64,000 bases of DNA, from positions 1,824,001-1,888,000 of the forward strand of contig NZ_JAQNDL010000001.1 in the NCBI RefSeq assembly GCF_028368995.1. The letters run 5' to 3'. Under the pieces are notes generated by a model. It did no database searches and had not been told where the DNA came from. It saw only the letters and a program-made list of their open reading frames with translations. The translations under genes were made by a program, and so were the position numbers. Of this stretch, positions 50,075 to 58,029 are shown piece by piece (the stretch's first letter is position 1; each line of letters starts with the position of its first letter). This stretch comes from Nannocystis bainbridge. Its GTDB lineage: Bacteria > Myxococcota_A > Polyangia > Nannocystales > Nannocystaceae.

Positions 50075-50734
50075 TCAGGGCGGCGATGAGTCGGCTGCGG
50101 CCTCTTTGCGCAGCTTGGACCAGACGCGCAGGAGCTCCGCGCTGCGCGGGTCGAGGCTGCCGCGGGCGCGCACCGCCGCCTCGACCACGAGCATGCGCGC
50201 CGTCAGGGCCGGCTGCACGTCGACAGACCGGAGGTCGCGCAACGTATTGGCCGCCGCCTCGATGAAGTCGACCGGCGCGACCTCCTCCATGAATGTGAGC
50301 ACCGGCTCGACCGACTCCGCCTTGGGCACCGCGCCGATCATCTCGAGGAACGTGACCACCTTCCAGCGCGGCCACAGATCGCCGAACTTGAGGATCACCT
50401 CCCAGCACAGCGGCAAGATCGCCGGTCCGTAGACTCTGCGGGCGTTCATGGCGTACTGGGTCCAGATCCGCGAGATGCCGGTGACTCGCTTGCCCTCGGC
50501 CTCGACGTTGACCTGGTCGAGCTCCGCGAGCACCTGACGATACAGCGCCGCGTGCTCGCTCCAGCCGCGGACGATCGCCGCCAGTGTCCGCCACAGCCAG
50601 TCGGGGTCGCCCGCGAACGCCGGCAGGTAGGTCATCACCGCTGTCTGGTCGACGAGCACCCGGTCGCGCTGGTGCGCGTAGTCCTCGCCGTGAAGTCTTC
50701 GAAGCGCCGTGAACTCTGGCCAATGCTGCGTCAT
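50075..50734 (-). CDS. Hypothetical helical protein (219 aa); candidate immunity protein for the PAD
   Basis: Its ATG overlaps the PAD stop codon (ATGA); last gene of the PAAR operon; no signal peptide seen. Confidence 0.75.
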   Translation of the reverse strand: MTQHWPEFTALRRLHGEDYAHQRDRVLVDQTAVMTYLPAFAGDPDWLWRTLAAIVRGWSEHAALYRQVLAELDQVNVEAEGKRVTGISRIWTQYAMNARRVYGPAILPLCWEVILKFGDLWPRWKVVTFLEMIGAVPKAESVEPVLTFMEEVAPVDFIEAAANTLRDLRSVDVQPALTARMLVVEAAVRARGSLDPRSAELLRVWSKLRKEAAADSSPP

Positions 50735-52515
50735 ACCTGCTGCTCCCACCACCAGCGATCGACCGGTGGCTCCCGCTTGCTGTTCGTCCCGCAGTGGATC
50801 TCCCCCGAATTGACGTGATACGTGAAGAAGTCGTCGACGAATTCGAGGTCGACCCCGGTCAGTCCCGGCGGCCCGAGCGCCGCGCGGATGTGGCTCTCGA
50901 ACTGGCACACCCCGTCGATCATCGGCCCGAACGGCTTGGGGATCACGAGCCGCACCGTCTTGTCGGGTTTCGTCAATACCAGCATATTGACCACCCCTGG
51001 CGTATAGGCGATGAAATACGTTCGGTCCAGCATGAACAGCACCGGCAGCGGGATTATCTCGGATTCGGCGAGGTCGAGCTCTTCCATGAGCTTGGCCTTG
51101 ACGCCGTCGAGGTACTCCTGCACGATCACCTGCACGTCCATGAACGTCGCGTCGTCGAGCATCGCGTCGACTGTGCGCAGCGGGTAGTTGTCGTACAGCT
51201 CCTGCGGCGTCGCGTCGGTCGGCGGCCGATCGGCCCGCGGCGGCGGCGGCGTGAGCTGCAGCAGCGGCGTGGCGCCCTGCCGCGCCGCCCTCATTCGGCG
51301 CAGGATCGTCAACGCTTCGTTCGGGCTGGCGAGCGCGACCTTGAACTTCTTGGGCGCGTTCTTCATCGGCACGAACGTCATCACTTCGTCGACGTGGCCG
51401 ACCTCGAGCCACCCGGTGTCGAGCGTGAACGGCTCCTGGACCTGCTGCGCGCGCAGGAAATCGACGACATCGGGCTGCATGTTGCGTCGGGCGCCGCCGT
51501 CGACGTGCTCGCCGTAGACCAGGCGCCCGAACTTGTACTCCTTGCCGCGACGGCTGTGGGTAAACGGCGGCGAACACTCGAGGTTGCCGAACGAATCGAG
51601 GGTACCGCCAATGCCCGGGGGCATCGCCTGGACCCACCCGAAGCCGGGCTCGAGCATCCGCTCGCGCGGGTAGCGGTCGATGGTCCCCCACCTCATCTCG
51701 CTGCGATTGTTGGCGGTGCGCAGCACGACGGGCAGGTGGCGCGCCGCCGGGGGGCCGGTCCGCGGCAGGCTCGAGAACCCGAGCTCCATCGCGTCCTGCA
51801 ACCAGCGATCCCTGCCGTGCGGCGGCGGTGCGACCTCCGGGGCGGGCAACCCGGCGGCGGCGACCTGGGCCGCGAGGTCGCGGCGAAACTCCGCGTTGTC
51901 GATCGCCTCGCCGACGTACACCCGCGTGGTCGGGTCGAGGTGGTTGAACGCGATCCACGGCGCGACCCGCATCCGGACCTGCTCCTCGTACGTCCCGGAG
52001 CCGCCTCGCTCGATCCGCAGCTTGATCACGACCTCGCCCGTGAAGCTGCCCTGAGCGTACATCACCGCCTCGACCCCGAGCTCCTTCTCGGTGAAGTTCA
52101 GGTCCGTCAGCGGCCAGCTCAGCACCGCCGCGGTGCCGCCCTGGGCCGGGTCGCCGACCCCCGCGCCGAGCACCTGCGCGGCCCCGCTGCTGCGGCTGGC
52201 GAACACCCGCAAGCGCGGGGCATCTTCGGCCGAGACCTCGAGGAACCCGCGCCACGAGCCCGGCGCCGGCGGGTGCCCGGCCGCGCGCCGGATCACCAGC
52301 GGGGCGATGTCGTCGGGATCGGGCGCCGTGTTGATCTGCGCGTCCTCGTTGTCGCAGCAGTGCTGCCGATCCTCGTCGTCGTTGTTGCAAAGGATGATCG
52401 CGCCCTTGCTGCCGGGGCCCCACGCCCAGCGGTCGTTGTGGCTGCGATCGTCGTCGACGACGCCGTCGCGGTCGGCGTCGACGTGCAGGTGATACTCGAC
52501 CAGGCACGCCTCCAT
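50731..52515 (-). CDS. Protein-arginine deiminase (PADI-type, PAD_M + catalytic domain)
   Basis: DADRDG, GAIILCNNDDED, RVAPWI, DRWLQD, LDSFGNLECSPP, LDTGWLEVGHVDE, IPKPFGP, YH...GEIHCGTN..R.P....WWE. Confidence 0.95.
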   Translation of the reverse strand: MEACLVEYHLHVDADRDGVVDDDRSHNDRWAWGPGSKGAIILCNNDDEDRQHCCDNEDAQINTAPDPDDIAPLVIRRAAGHPPAPGSWRGFLEVSAEDAPRLRVFASRSSGAAQVLGAGVGDPAQGGTAAVLSWPLTDLNFTEKELGVEAVMYAQGSFTGEVVIKLRIERGGSGTYEEQVRMRVAPWIAFNHLDPTTRVYVGEAIDNAEFRRDLAAQVAAAGLPAPEVAPPPHGRDRWLQDAMELGFSSLPRTGPPAARHLPVVLRTANNRSEMRWGTIDRYPRERMLEPGFGWVQAMPPGIGGTLDSFGNLECSPPFTHSRRGKEYKFGRLVYGEHVDGGARRNMQPDVVDFLRAQQVQEPFTLDTGWLEVGHVDEVMTFVPMKNAPKKFKVALASPNEALTILRRMRAARQGATPLLQLTPPPPRADRPPTDATPQELYDNYPLRTVDAMLDDATFMDVQVIVQEYLDGVKAKLMEELDLAESEIIPLPVLFMLDRTYFIAYTPGVVNMLVLTKPDKTVRLVIPKPFGPMIDGVCQFESHIRAALGPPGLTGVDLEFVDDFFTYHVNSGEIHCGTNSKREPPVDRWWWEQQV

Positions 52516-52589
52516 CGTATTACCCGGGCGGGTCGCCGCCGTCGGCCCGCGCTCGCTCTCTCCCCGCTGGACTCCGCCACCTAATCCCA

Positions 52590-53369
52590 TCACTCCTCCT
52601 CTGCCCAGAAGCGATCGAGGCACCCGATCGCCCCGCGCAGCAGTGCTTCGATCCGCGTCCGCTCGTTCGTGTCCCCGACCTCGGCGAGCGCCCGCCTGGC
52701 CCACATGAACTGCGGATCGCCATGAAGATCGCCGCCGAAGATCACCGCGAGGCCGACGAACAGCGCCTGCCCGCGCTCGCTGATCAGCGCGAAGCTCCGC
52801 GCCTTCGCCAGCGCCTGTTCGACCGTCCGGACCAGCGCCGGCTCGCCGATGGCCTCGCACTTGGCCGGGAACACCCGGCGGAGCAGCGCCACCAGCCGGG
52901 CCCGCAGGTCGAGCCCCGCCTCGTCGCTCAGCGTGCGCTCGGGCTGCGCGAACTGCTGCAGCTCGGCCGCCGCCCGACCCGGCTGCGAGCGCCCGGCGGC
53001 GTCGAGGTCGTCGCTGGCCGTGCGGTCGAGGAAGCGCCAGGCGGCGTCGCGGAGCCGGTCGAGGCGCGCGAACTCGCCGTCGCCCGCGCGCAGCGGCTCC
53101 ACCGCCCACGCGTGCTGTGGGTCGGTGTCGAAGCCGGCGCCGAACATCAGCATCAGCTCGATGTAAATTCGCGTGCCGCGCTCGGAGACCAGCCCGTACG
53201 TCTCGGCTCGCGTGCAGCCGACGACGATCAGCTCGCCGAGCTCGGGATCGCCGACGATCCGCAGGTGCCGCGGGCTGAACCGCTTGAGGTGCGCCAGCAT
53301 GCGCGCCTCGAAGTCGGCGAGCGCCGCGCGCTCGAACGCCCCCAGTTGTGTGGCGCTGATCTTCAGCAT
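52590..53369 (-). CDS. Hypothetical two-repeat protein; candidate T6SS co-chaperone
   Basis: Two homologous halves (..SERG...FG....DPQ..WA); lies directly downstream of the DUF4123 gene. Confidence 0.75.
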   Translation of the reverse strand: MLKISATQLGAFERAALADFEARMLAHLKRFSPRHLRIVGDPELGELIVVGCTRAETYGLVSERGTRIYIELMLMFGAGFDTDPQHAWAVEPLRAGDGEFARLDRLRDAAWRFLDRTASDDLDAAGRSQPGRAAAELQQFAQPERTLSDEAGLDLRARLVALLRRVFPAKCEAIGEPALVRTVEQALAKARSFALISERGQALFVGLAVIFGGDLHGDPQFMWARRALAEVGDTNERTRIEALLRGAIGCLDRFWAEEE

Positions 53370-53376
53370 CGCGGAC

Positions 53377-54498
53377 TCACTCGATCACGCCCATCCGCAG
53401 GCCGTGAGTGGCTCGTTCGAACAGGACCGCGTCGACCGCTCTTCGCAGCTCCGATCTCTGCTCGGGCGTCATCACCTCGGCGAAGGTGCATAGCACCCGT
53501 GGGTCGTAGAAACGAAAGAACCTCGGCTTTGCCTCGCCCTCGACTTCGACCTTGAGGAATTGGCGAAAGTGGCGGCGGACCTTCTCGAAGCCGGCGCTGC
53601 TCTCCACATAAACACCCCAGGCGTCGCCCCAGCCCTCGGTGACGAGGCGCCGCAGCAGCCCCGAGCTCGGTTGCAGGTGGACGAGGTAGGGAGCGATGTC
53701 GTCGAAGGCGCGGCCCTGTTCGCCGTCGTAGAGGGAGGCGTAGGGGTCGATGCTCTCCTCGACGAGCTGGAGGGCGCGTTCGGAGCGGGCGGCGTCGATG
53801 ATGGCGTAGAGGTTGCCGGAGCCGCAGCGGCGCGCGAGCTCGGTGAGGGCGTCGAGGGCGGCGGCGGCGGCGTCGATGGGTTCGGGGGGCGGGGTATGGT
53901 CCTCGACGAGGAAGCGATAGGCCGTGCGGACGGCGGTCATCCAGCCGCGGTTGGCCATCTCGCCATACCATGTGGCCACACCATTGATAGCAAGGCGGTG
54001 CGTACCCTCGGCCTGGACGTGGGCGCTGACGCCGTCCCATACGATCTGAAAGTGCGGTGACCCGGCGGTGTCGCCATGGACGACAAAGTCGGCCTGAGCG
54101 CTGCCGACGGTGCGCGGGACGCCGAGGTCGAGCACGAGCTTGCGGTAGGTCTCGCGCCCGGACCACACCTGCAAGACGCCGCGGCGACGCACGGACGGAC
54201 CGTGCGGCAATTGCGGGTAGCGGCGAAATGTGTAGTCGATCTCCTCGAGCTGGTCGGCGTATTCGGGGTCGATGTCTTCGAGGTTGCGAGCCGCGAGCGG
54301 GCCGAGGGTGGTGCGCATGCGATCTTCCTCGTGAGGCACGCGGCCCTGTTTGGTCTGCTCGGCGATGAACTGGAGCTGTGCCTCGATCTGCCCGAGCAGC
54401 GGCCAGCGCGAGGGGTCGAGCGTGCGGGTGCGGCGGCGGGCCTCGACGAGCACCTGGGCGAAGGCGTCGCGCGACAGAATCCGCATCATGTCGGCCAT
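53377..54498 (-). CDS. Fusion: Tsi6-like immunity domain + degenerate FHA + DUF4123 T6SS effector chaperone
   Basis: IEAQLQFI...TLGPLAARNLEDIDPE (Tsi6-like); FHA-like beta segment; LYAIIDAAR, SLYDG, APYLV, GWG..WG, HFRQF, FFRFYDPRVL (DUF4123). Confidence 0.85.
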   Translation of the reverse strand: MADMMRILSRDAFAQVLVEARRRTRTLDPSRWPLLGQIEAQLQFIAEQTKQGRVPHEEDRMRTTLGPLAARNLEDIDPEYADQLEEIDYTFRRYPQLPHGPSVRRRGVLQVWSGRETYRKLVLDLGVPRTVGSAQADFVVHGDTAGSPHFQIVWDGVSAHVQAEGTHRLAINGVATWYGEMANRGWMTAVRTAYRFLVEDHTPPPEPIDAAAAALDALTELARRCGSGNLYAIIDAARSERALQLVEESIDPYASLYDGEQGRAFDDIAPYLVHLQPSSGLLRRLVTEGWGDAWGVYVESSAGFEKVRRHFRQFLKVEVEGEAKPRFFRFYDPRVLCTFAEVMTPEQRSELRRAVDAVLFERATHGLRMGVIE

Positions 54499-54507
54499 GG
54501 TGTCGCC

Positions 54508-55521
54508 TCAGACGTTGCGGCTGGAGAGGTGGAAGAGCCGCGGGACGTACACCTGCGTGCCGCCGCCCTGGCACGTGATCTGCTCACCGCGATCCGTGGC
54601 GGTGCTCGGGAAGGTCCAGGTGTCGATCACGGAGGCGGCGGTGCTCTTGAGGCCGAACGCAGGGGCTTCGCCGTACTCGACGGTTCGTCTGTCTCTTGAG
54701 ACACGTGTGCCGTCGGGCCCGGAGACGATCGCGGAGGTGCCGAGCTGCTCCGGCGTCAGGTCCGGATCGAGCGCGAAGTACTCGCCGTTGACCCCACCCG
54801 GGTAGCCGCGCTGGTGAAGCGTCCGGGCGGCGACCGCGATCACCTCGACGGGCTGCGAGAGGTCGATCGCGCGGATGTGCGAGGTCAGCCTGCTCGGCTT
54901 GAACTTCTCGCCGGCGTGGGCGGCGTAGAACTGATAGGCGACGGCGACTCTGGCGGCGACCCGTTCGGCGTCGAGCCCATCGTTCAGGTTGGGCTGGGCG
55001 GCGAGCCCCTGCTTGTTGAGCAGCGAGCTCGCCAGCAGATCGCGACCGAGCTCGGCGCCGGACGGAGGTCGGTCGTCGTCGAGGGTCGCGGTGTCGGGGT
55101 CGGGCGGGACGACCTCGGCGGAATCGTCGTGCTGGTCCATCTCCTGGCGCTTGCGCTCGCATTCCTCGCAGAAGGGGGTGCCGCGCCGGGCGGCGCCGCG
55201 GAAGGTGAAGGCCTGGGTGGAGTCGCCGATCACGACCGTCGGGCAGCCGGCGACGATCAGGTCGCCAGAAACGTGAGAACCAGGATCCGATCTGCGGGCA
55301 GCGGGACGACTGTTGATCAGCACGGTCGACGAGCCCTGCCTGATCCTGTCGGTCGGACCGACCGGAAAGCAAACGACGCTGTCCCCCTGGCGCGCGGCGG
55401 GCAAGAACCCGATGATCACGTTGGCGCTGCCGCTGAAGATCGGACCGCCGACGTGAGGGACGGGGCCGGGCTCGGCCTTCGGGCACACGTGGAAGTCGCT
55501 GATTCGAGCGGCGTCAGGCAT
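54508..55521 (-). CDS. PAAR-domain protein with C-terminal Tse6/Ntox46-like NAD(P)+ glycohydrolase toxin
   Basis: AARISD.H.CP, PH.GG, PAARQGD, PAARRSD; TPFCEECE; A..FY...SHI.AID.S.PVEV, G.YF, LG, LKSTAA...DTW, GGGTQ. Confidence 0.88.
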   Translation of the reverse strand: MPDAARISDFHVCPKAEPGPVPHVGGPIFSGSANVIIGFLPAARQGDSVVCFPVGPTDRIRQGSSTVLINSRPAARRSDPGSHVSGDLIVAGCPTVVIGDSTQAFTFRGAARRGTPFCEECERKRQEMDQHDDSAEVVPPDPDTATLDDDRPPSGAELGRDLLASSLLNKQGLAAQPNLNDGLDAERVAARVAVAYQFYAAHAGEKFKPSRLTSHIRAIDLSQPVEVIAVAARTLHQRGYPGGVNGEYFALDPDLTPEQLGTSAIVSGPDGTRVSRDRRTVEYGEAPAFGLKSTAASVIDTWTFPSTATDRGEQITCQGGGTQVYVPRLFHLSSRNV

Positions 55522-55703
55522 GGATCCGGCGATCCTATCATAAGCCGGACGCGGCGACCCGAGACGCGTGCTGCGGCCGAATGTGGATGGCCGAGATCGC
55601 GCCGGGCGGAGGCGAACACCAGACGAGGCGAGGCTCAGGTGGGTATCGTGATACCCCAATTGACGGGCGCCGGCGATCGCGTGCATGCTCCGCGTTCGTC
55701 GGC

Positions 55704-57449
55704 GTGTCGACCTCGTTCTCACCGCAGATCGGCGAGCGCTTCGCCGGCCGCTATGAGCTCAAGTCGCCGCTCCGGAGCGAGGGCGCGGTGCGGGCGTTCC
55801 TGGCGCTCGATCACCATGCGGGCCTCGACGTCGCGCTGTTGCTGCTCGACCCGACGTGTGCGCACCCGAACGCTTGGGCTGCGTTCGCCCGGATCGTCGC
55901 CGCGGCGACGGCCAGTAAGATCGCGGGGCTGGTGCTGCCGCAGGGGGTCGCCAGCACGCCGCCAGCCCCGCCGTTCTGCCTGGCCGAGCCGCGGGTGTTC
56001 CGCGGGTTCGACAAATTGCGCGACCAGGGGCCGATGCCGTGGCGGCGCGCCCTGATGCTCGGCGAGCGCACGGCTGAGATCCTGCACGCGGCCCACGCAG
56101 CGACGGGCGTCGCTCACCGGATCCTGACGCCGTCGCGCTGCACGCTGACGATTCGCGATGACGTCAGGGTGATCGACTTCGGCGTGGCCGAGCTGGAGCT
56201 CGGCAGTCCGGACGAGGCCGGGTATCGCGCGCCGGAGCAGCGGCAAGGCGGCGGCGACTCGCGCAGCGACGCATATACGCTCGCGGTCATCCTGACCGAG
56301 CTGATCACGAATCAGAAGTCGGCCGGACAGACGCCTCCGCGGCTGCGCTCGCTCGCCGCGGTGCCGCAGCCGGTGGACGATTTCATGGCCAGGGCGTTGT
56401 CTCAGGATCCGGCGCAGCGGCCCGATCTCGCGGCGATGCGCGCCGGGCTCCGCGAGCTGCTGAGTGCCGCCGAGGCGACGACCGCGGCGGCTCCTCGGCC
56501 CAAGCCCAGACGCGATTTCTCCTCGCTCTCGATCCGCTCGGCGCCGCCGGGCGCGAGGGCGGCCCCGTCCGTGATGCCGTCGACGAAGCCGGGACCCGCA
56601 GTCGGAGTGGGCCCGGGTCTGGCGAATGTAGCGAGTCAGCCGGTACGGCCATCGTTACCCTCGATCGCGAAGGCTGCGGCTCCGCGGATGTCGAGCGCAG
56701 AGGTCTCGTTTCAGGCACCCGCGGCCTTCAAGACCGAGCTCCTCCCCCCCGCCCCGCCGACTGCGGCACCTGCGGCCTTCAAGACCGAGCTCCTCCCCCC
56801 GGTCTCATCGACTCCGGCACCTGCGCTCACTGACAGGACTGAGATCTTTCCTCCGGTCTCATCGACTCCGGCACCCCCGCTCACCGACAGGACCGAGATC
56901 TTTCCTCCGGTCTCATCGACTCCGTCCCCCCCGCTCACCGTCAGGACTGAGCTCCTCCCTCCGGTCCTGCGTTTGACGCCGGTGAATGGCGAGCGGACCG
57001 AGGTCGTGCGAGCGGACATCGCAATCGTTCGCGAAGAGCAGGCCGCACCCGAAAAATCGCTCCGAGGTTCGTTCGCGCTGGCCCAGGCGAAGGCGAGCGC
57101 AGCAGTCCTGGTGGCGAGCCCAGGAGCGGCTGCGGGCGCAGACCCGCCGACCGAGAATATCGCCGACCCACTGCCCCCCGTCGATACGACGCTGCTATTG
57201 CCGCCCGAACCGGCACGCCCGGTTCCGGCGGTCGAGCCGCCAGCTTTCGACCCGCTGCCTCCGGAACCGCAGGCTCGGTCTACCGCCGAGGTTCGACCAC
57301 CGGCCGATCGGGTTCAGGCGACGCCGTCGGCGCGATCGCCGACGATCGCTAAGCCGGTGAAAAGTTCGTTCAAGTCGACGTGGATGTGGATCGGCGCCCT
57401 ATGCCTCGCGGGGCTCGTCCTCGCAGCGCTGTGGCTGCTGATCACCTGA
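55704..57449 (+). CDS. Ser/Thr kinase-like (probable pseudokinase) with Pro-rich repeats and C-terminal TM helix
   Basis: GRYEL, VIDFGVA, YRAPEQ and SDAY retained; VAIK replaced by VALL, HRD by HRI, and no Gly-loop. Confidence 0.8.
   Translation: MSTSFSPQIGERFAGRYELKSPLRSEGAVRAFLALDHHAGLDVALLLLDPTCAHPNAWAAFARIVAAATASKIAGLVLPQGVASTPPAPPFCLAEPRVFRGFDKLRDQGPMPWRRALMLGERTAEILHAAHAATGVAHRILTPSRCTLTIRDDVRVIDFGVAELELGSPDEAGYRAPEQRQGGGDSRSDAYTLAVILTELITNQKSAGQTPPRLRSLAAVPQPVDDFMARALSQDPAQRPDLAAMRAGLRELLSAAEATTAAAPRPKPRRDFSSLSIRSAPPGARAAPSVMPSTKPGPAVGVGPGLANVASQPVRPSLPSIAKAAAPRMSSAEVSFQAPAAFKTELLPPAPPTAAPAAFKTELLPPVSSTPAPALTDRTEIFPPVSSTPAPPLTDRTEIFPPVSSTPSPPLTVRTELLPPVLRLTPVNGERTEVVRADIAIVREEQAAPEKSLRGSFALAQAKASAAVLVASPGAAAGADPPTENIADPLPPVDTTLLLPPEPARPVPAVEPPAFDPLPPEPQARSTAEVRPPADRVQATPSARSPTIAKPVKSSFKSTWMWIGALCLAGLVLAALWLLIT
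56715..56966 (+). repeat. Intragenic tandem repeats (51-bp then 54-bp period) encoding TE(L/I)(L/F)PP units
   Basis: GCACC.GCGGCCTTCAAGACCGAGCTCCTCCCCCC at 56715 and 56766; CCGGTCTCATCGACTCCG at 56799, 56853 and 56907. Confidence 0.9.
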
Positions 57450-58029
57450 GCGCGACGGCTCGCCCCGAGCAGACGAGGGAGCGCCCGACTATGGGCGCAG
57501 GTTGGCGCGCATCGAGGGATTGCAATTCAAGCAATGATCGCGCCGGGGCCCGGCTCCAAGAATGTCGACACCATCGATTCGCGGCAGTCGCTCGTCCACG
57601 GCCGAACTGGCAGCAAAGAAAGCTACGACAACATCCTGCGCGTTCGAATAAGACTCGGCTGCGAGAATGCCCGCACTCATCTCCGGCACTCTCGCAGCGA
57701 CCTCGTCTCCTGCGACGAGCACGGTCAGCCCGGGAGGCGCCCTCATGTCGAGAGGATCTGCAGGCGCCTCTACCGCGATGTGGAGTTGACGCGCATGATC
57801 CGCTCGAAGCCGGCCAGTCTTCATTTCGACCGCGACGCGGCCGCGTTTGCAGAAACACCGGAGAAGCCCTCTGGCGCGGAAGTGCACCCCCTCGCCAAAG
57901 CGCGCCCAAGGTAGCGTAGCTGCCCGTAGGGCGCGAGAGACCTGTAAACGCGACGTAAACCGGGGGTAATTCCGCGGCGGGGCCCGTTGCCGGGCTCCTG
58001 GGCGTTTGCTAGGTACGTACAACGAACGC

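Noticed and set aside
50731-52515. PAD as a RiPP-tailoring enzyme (citrulassin-like) or as an agmatine deiminase/PPAD
   Set aside because: No precursor or RiPP genes are adjacent, the motifs are PADI-type, and the context is PAAR/DUF4123. An in-trans RiPP role cannot be fully excluded.
56715-56966. Regularly spaced repeats as a possible CRISPR array
   Set aside because: The units are in-frame coding tandem repeats without unique spacers, and no cas genes are present.
57489-57914. ORFs on both strands between the kinase-like gene and the MacA-like gene
   Set aside because: Weak codon bias, no motifs and conflicting frames; no call can be supported, although a degraded gene is possible.
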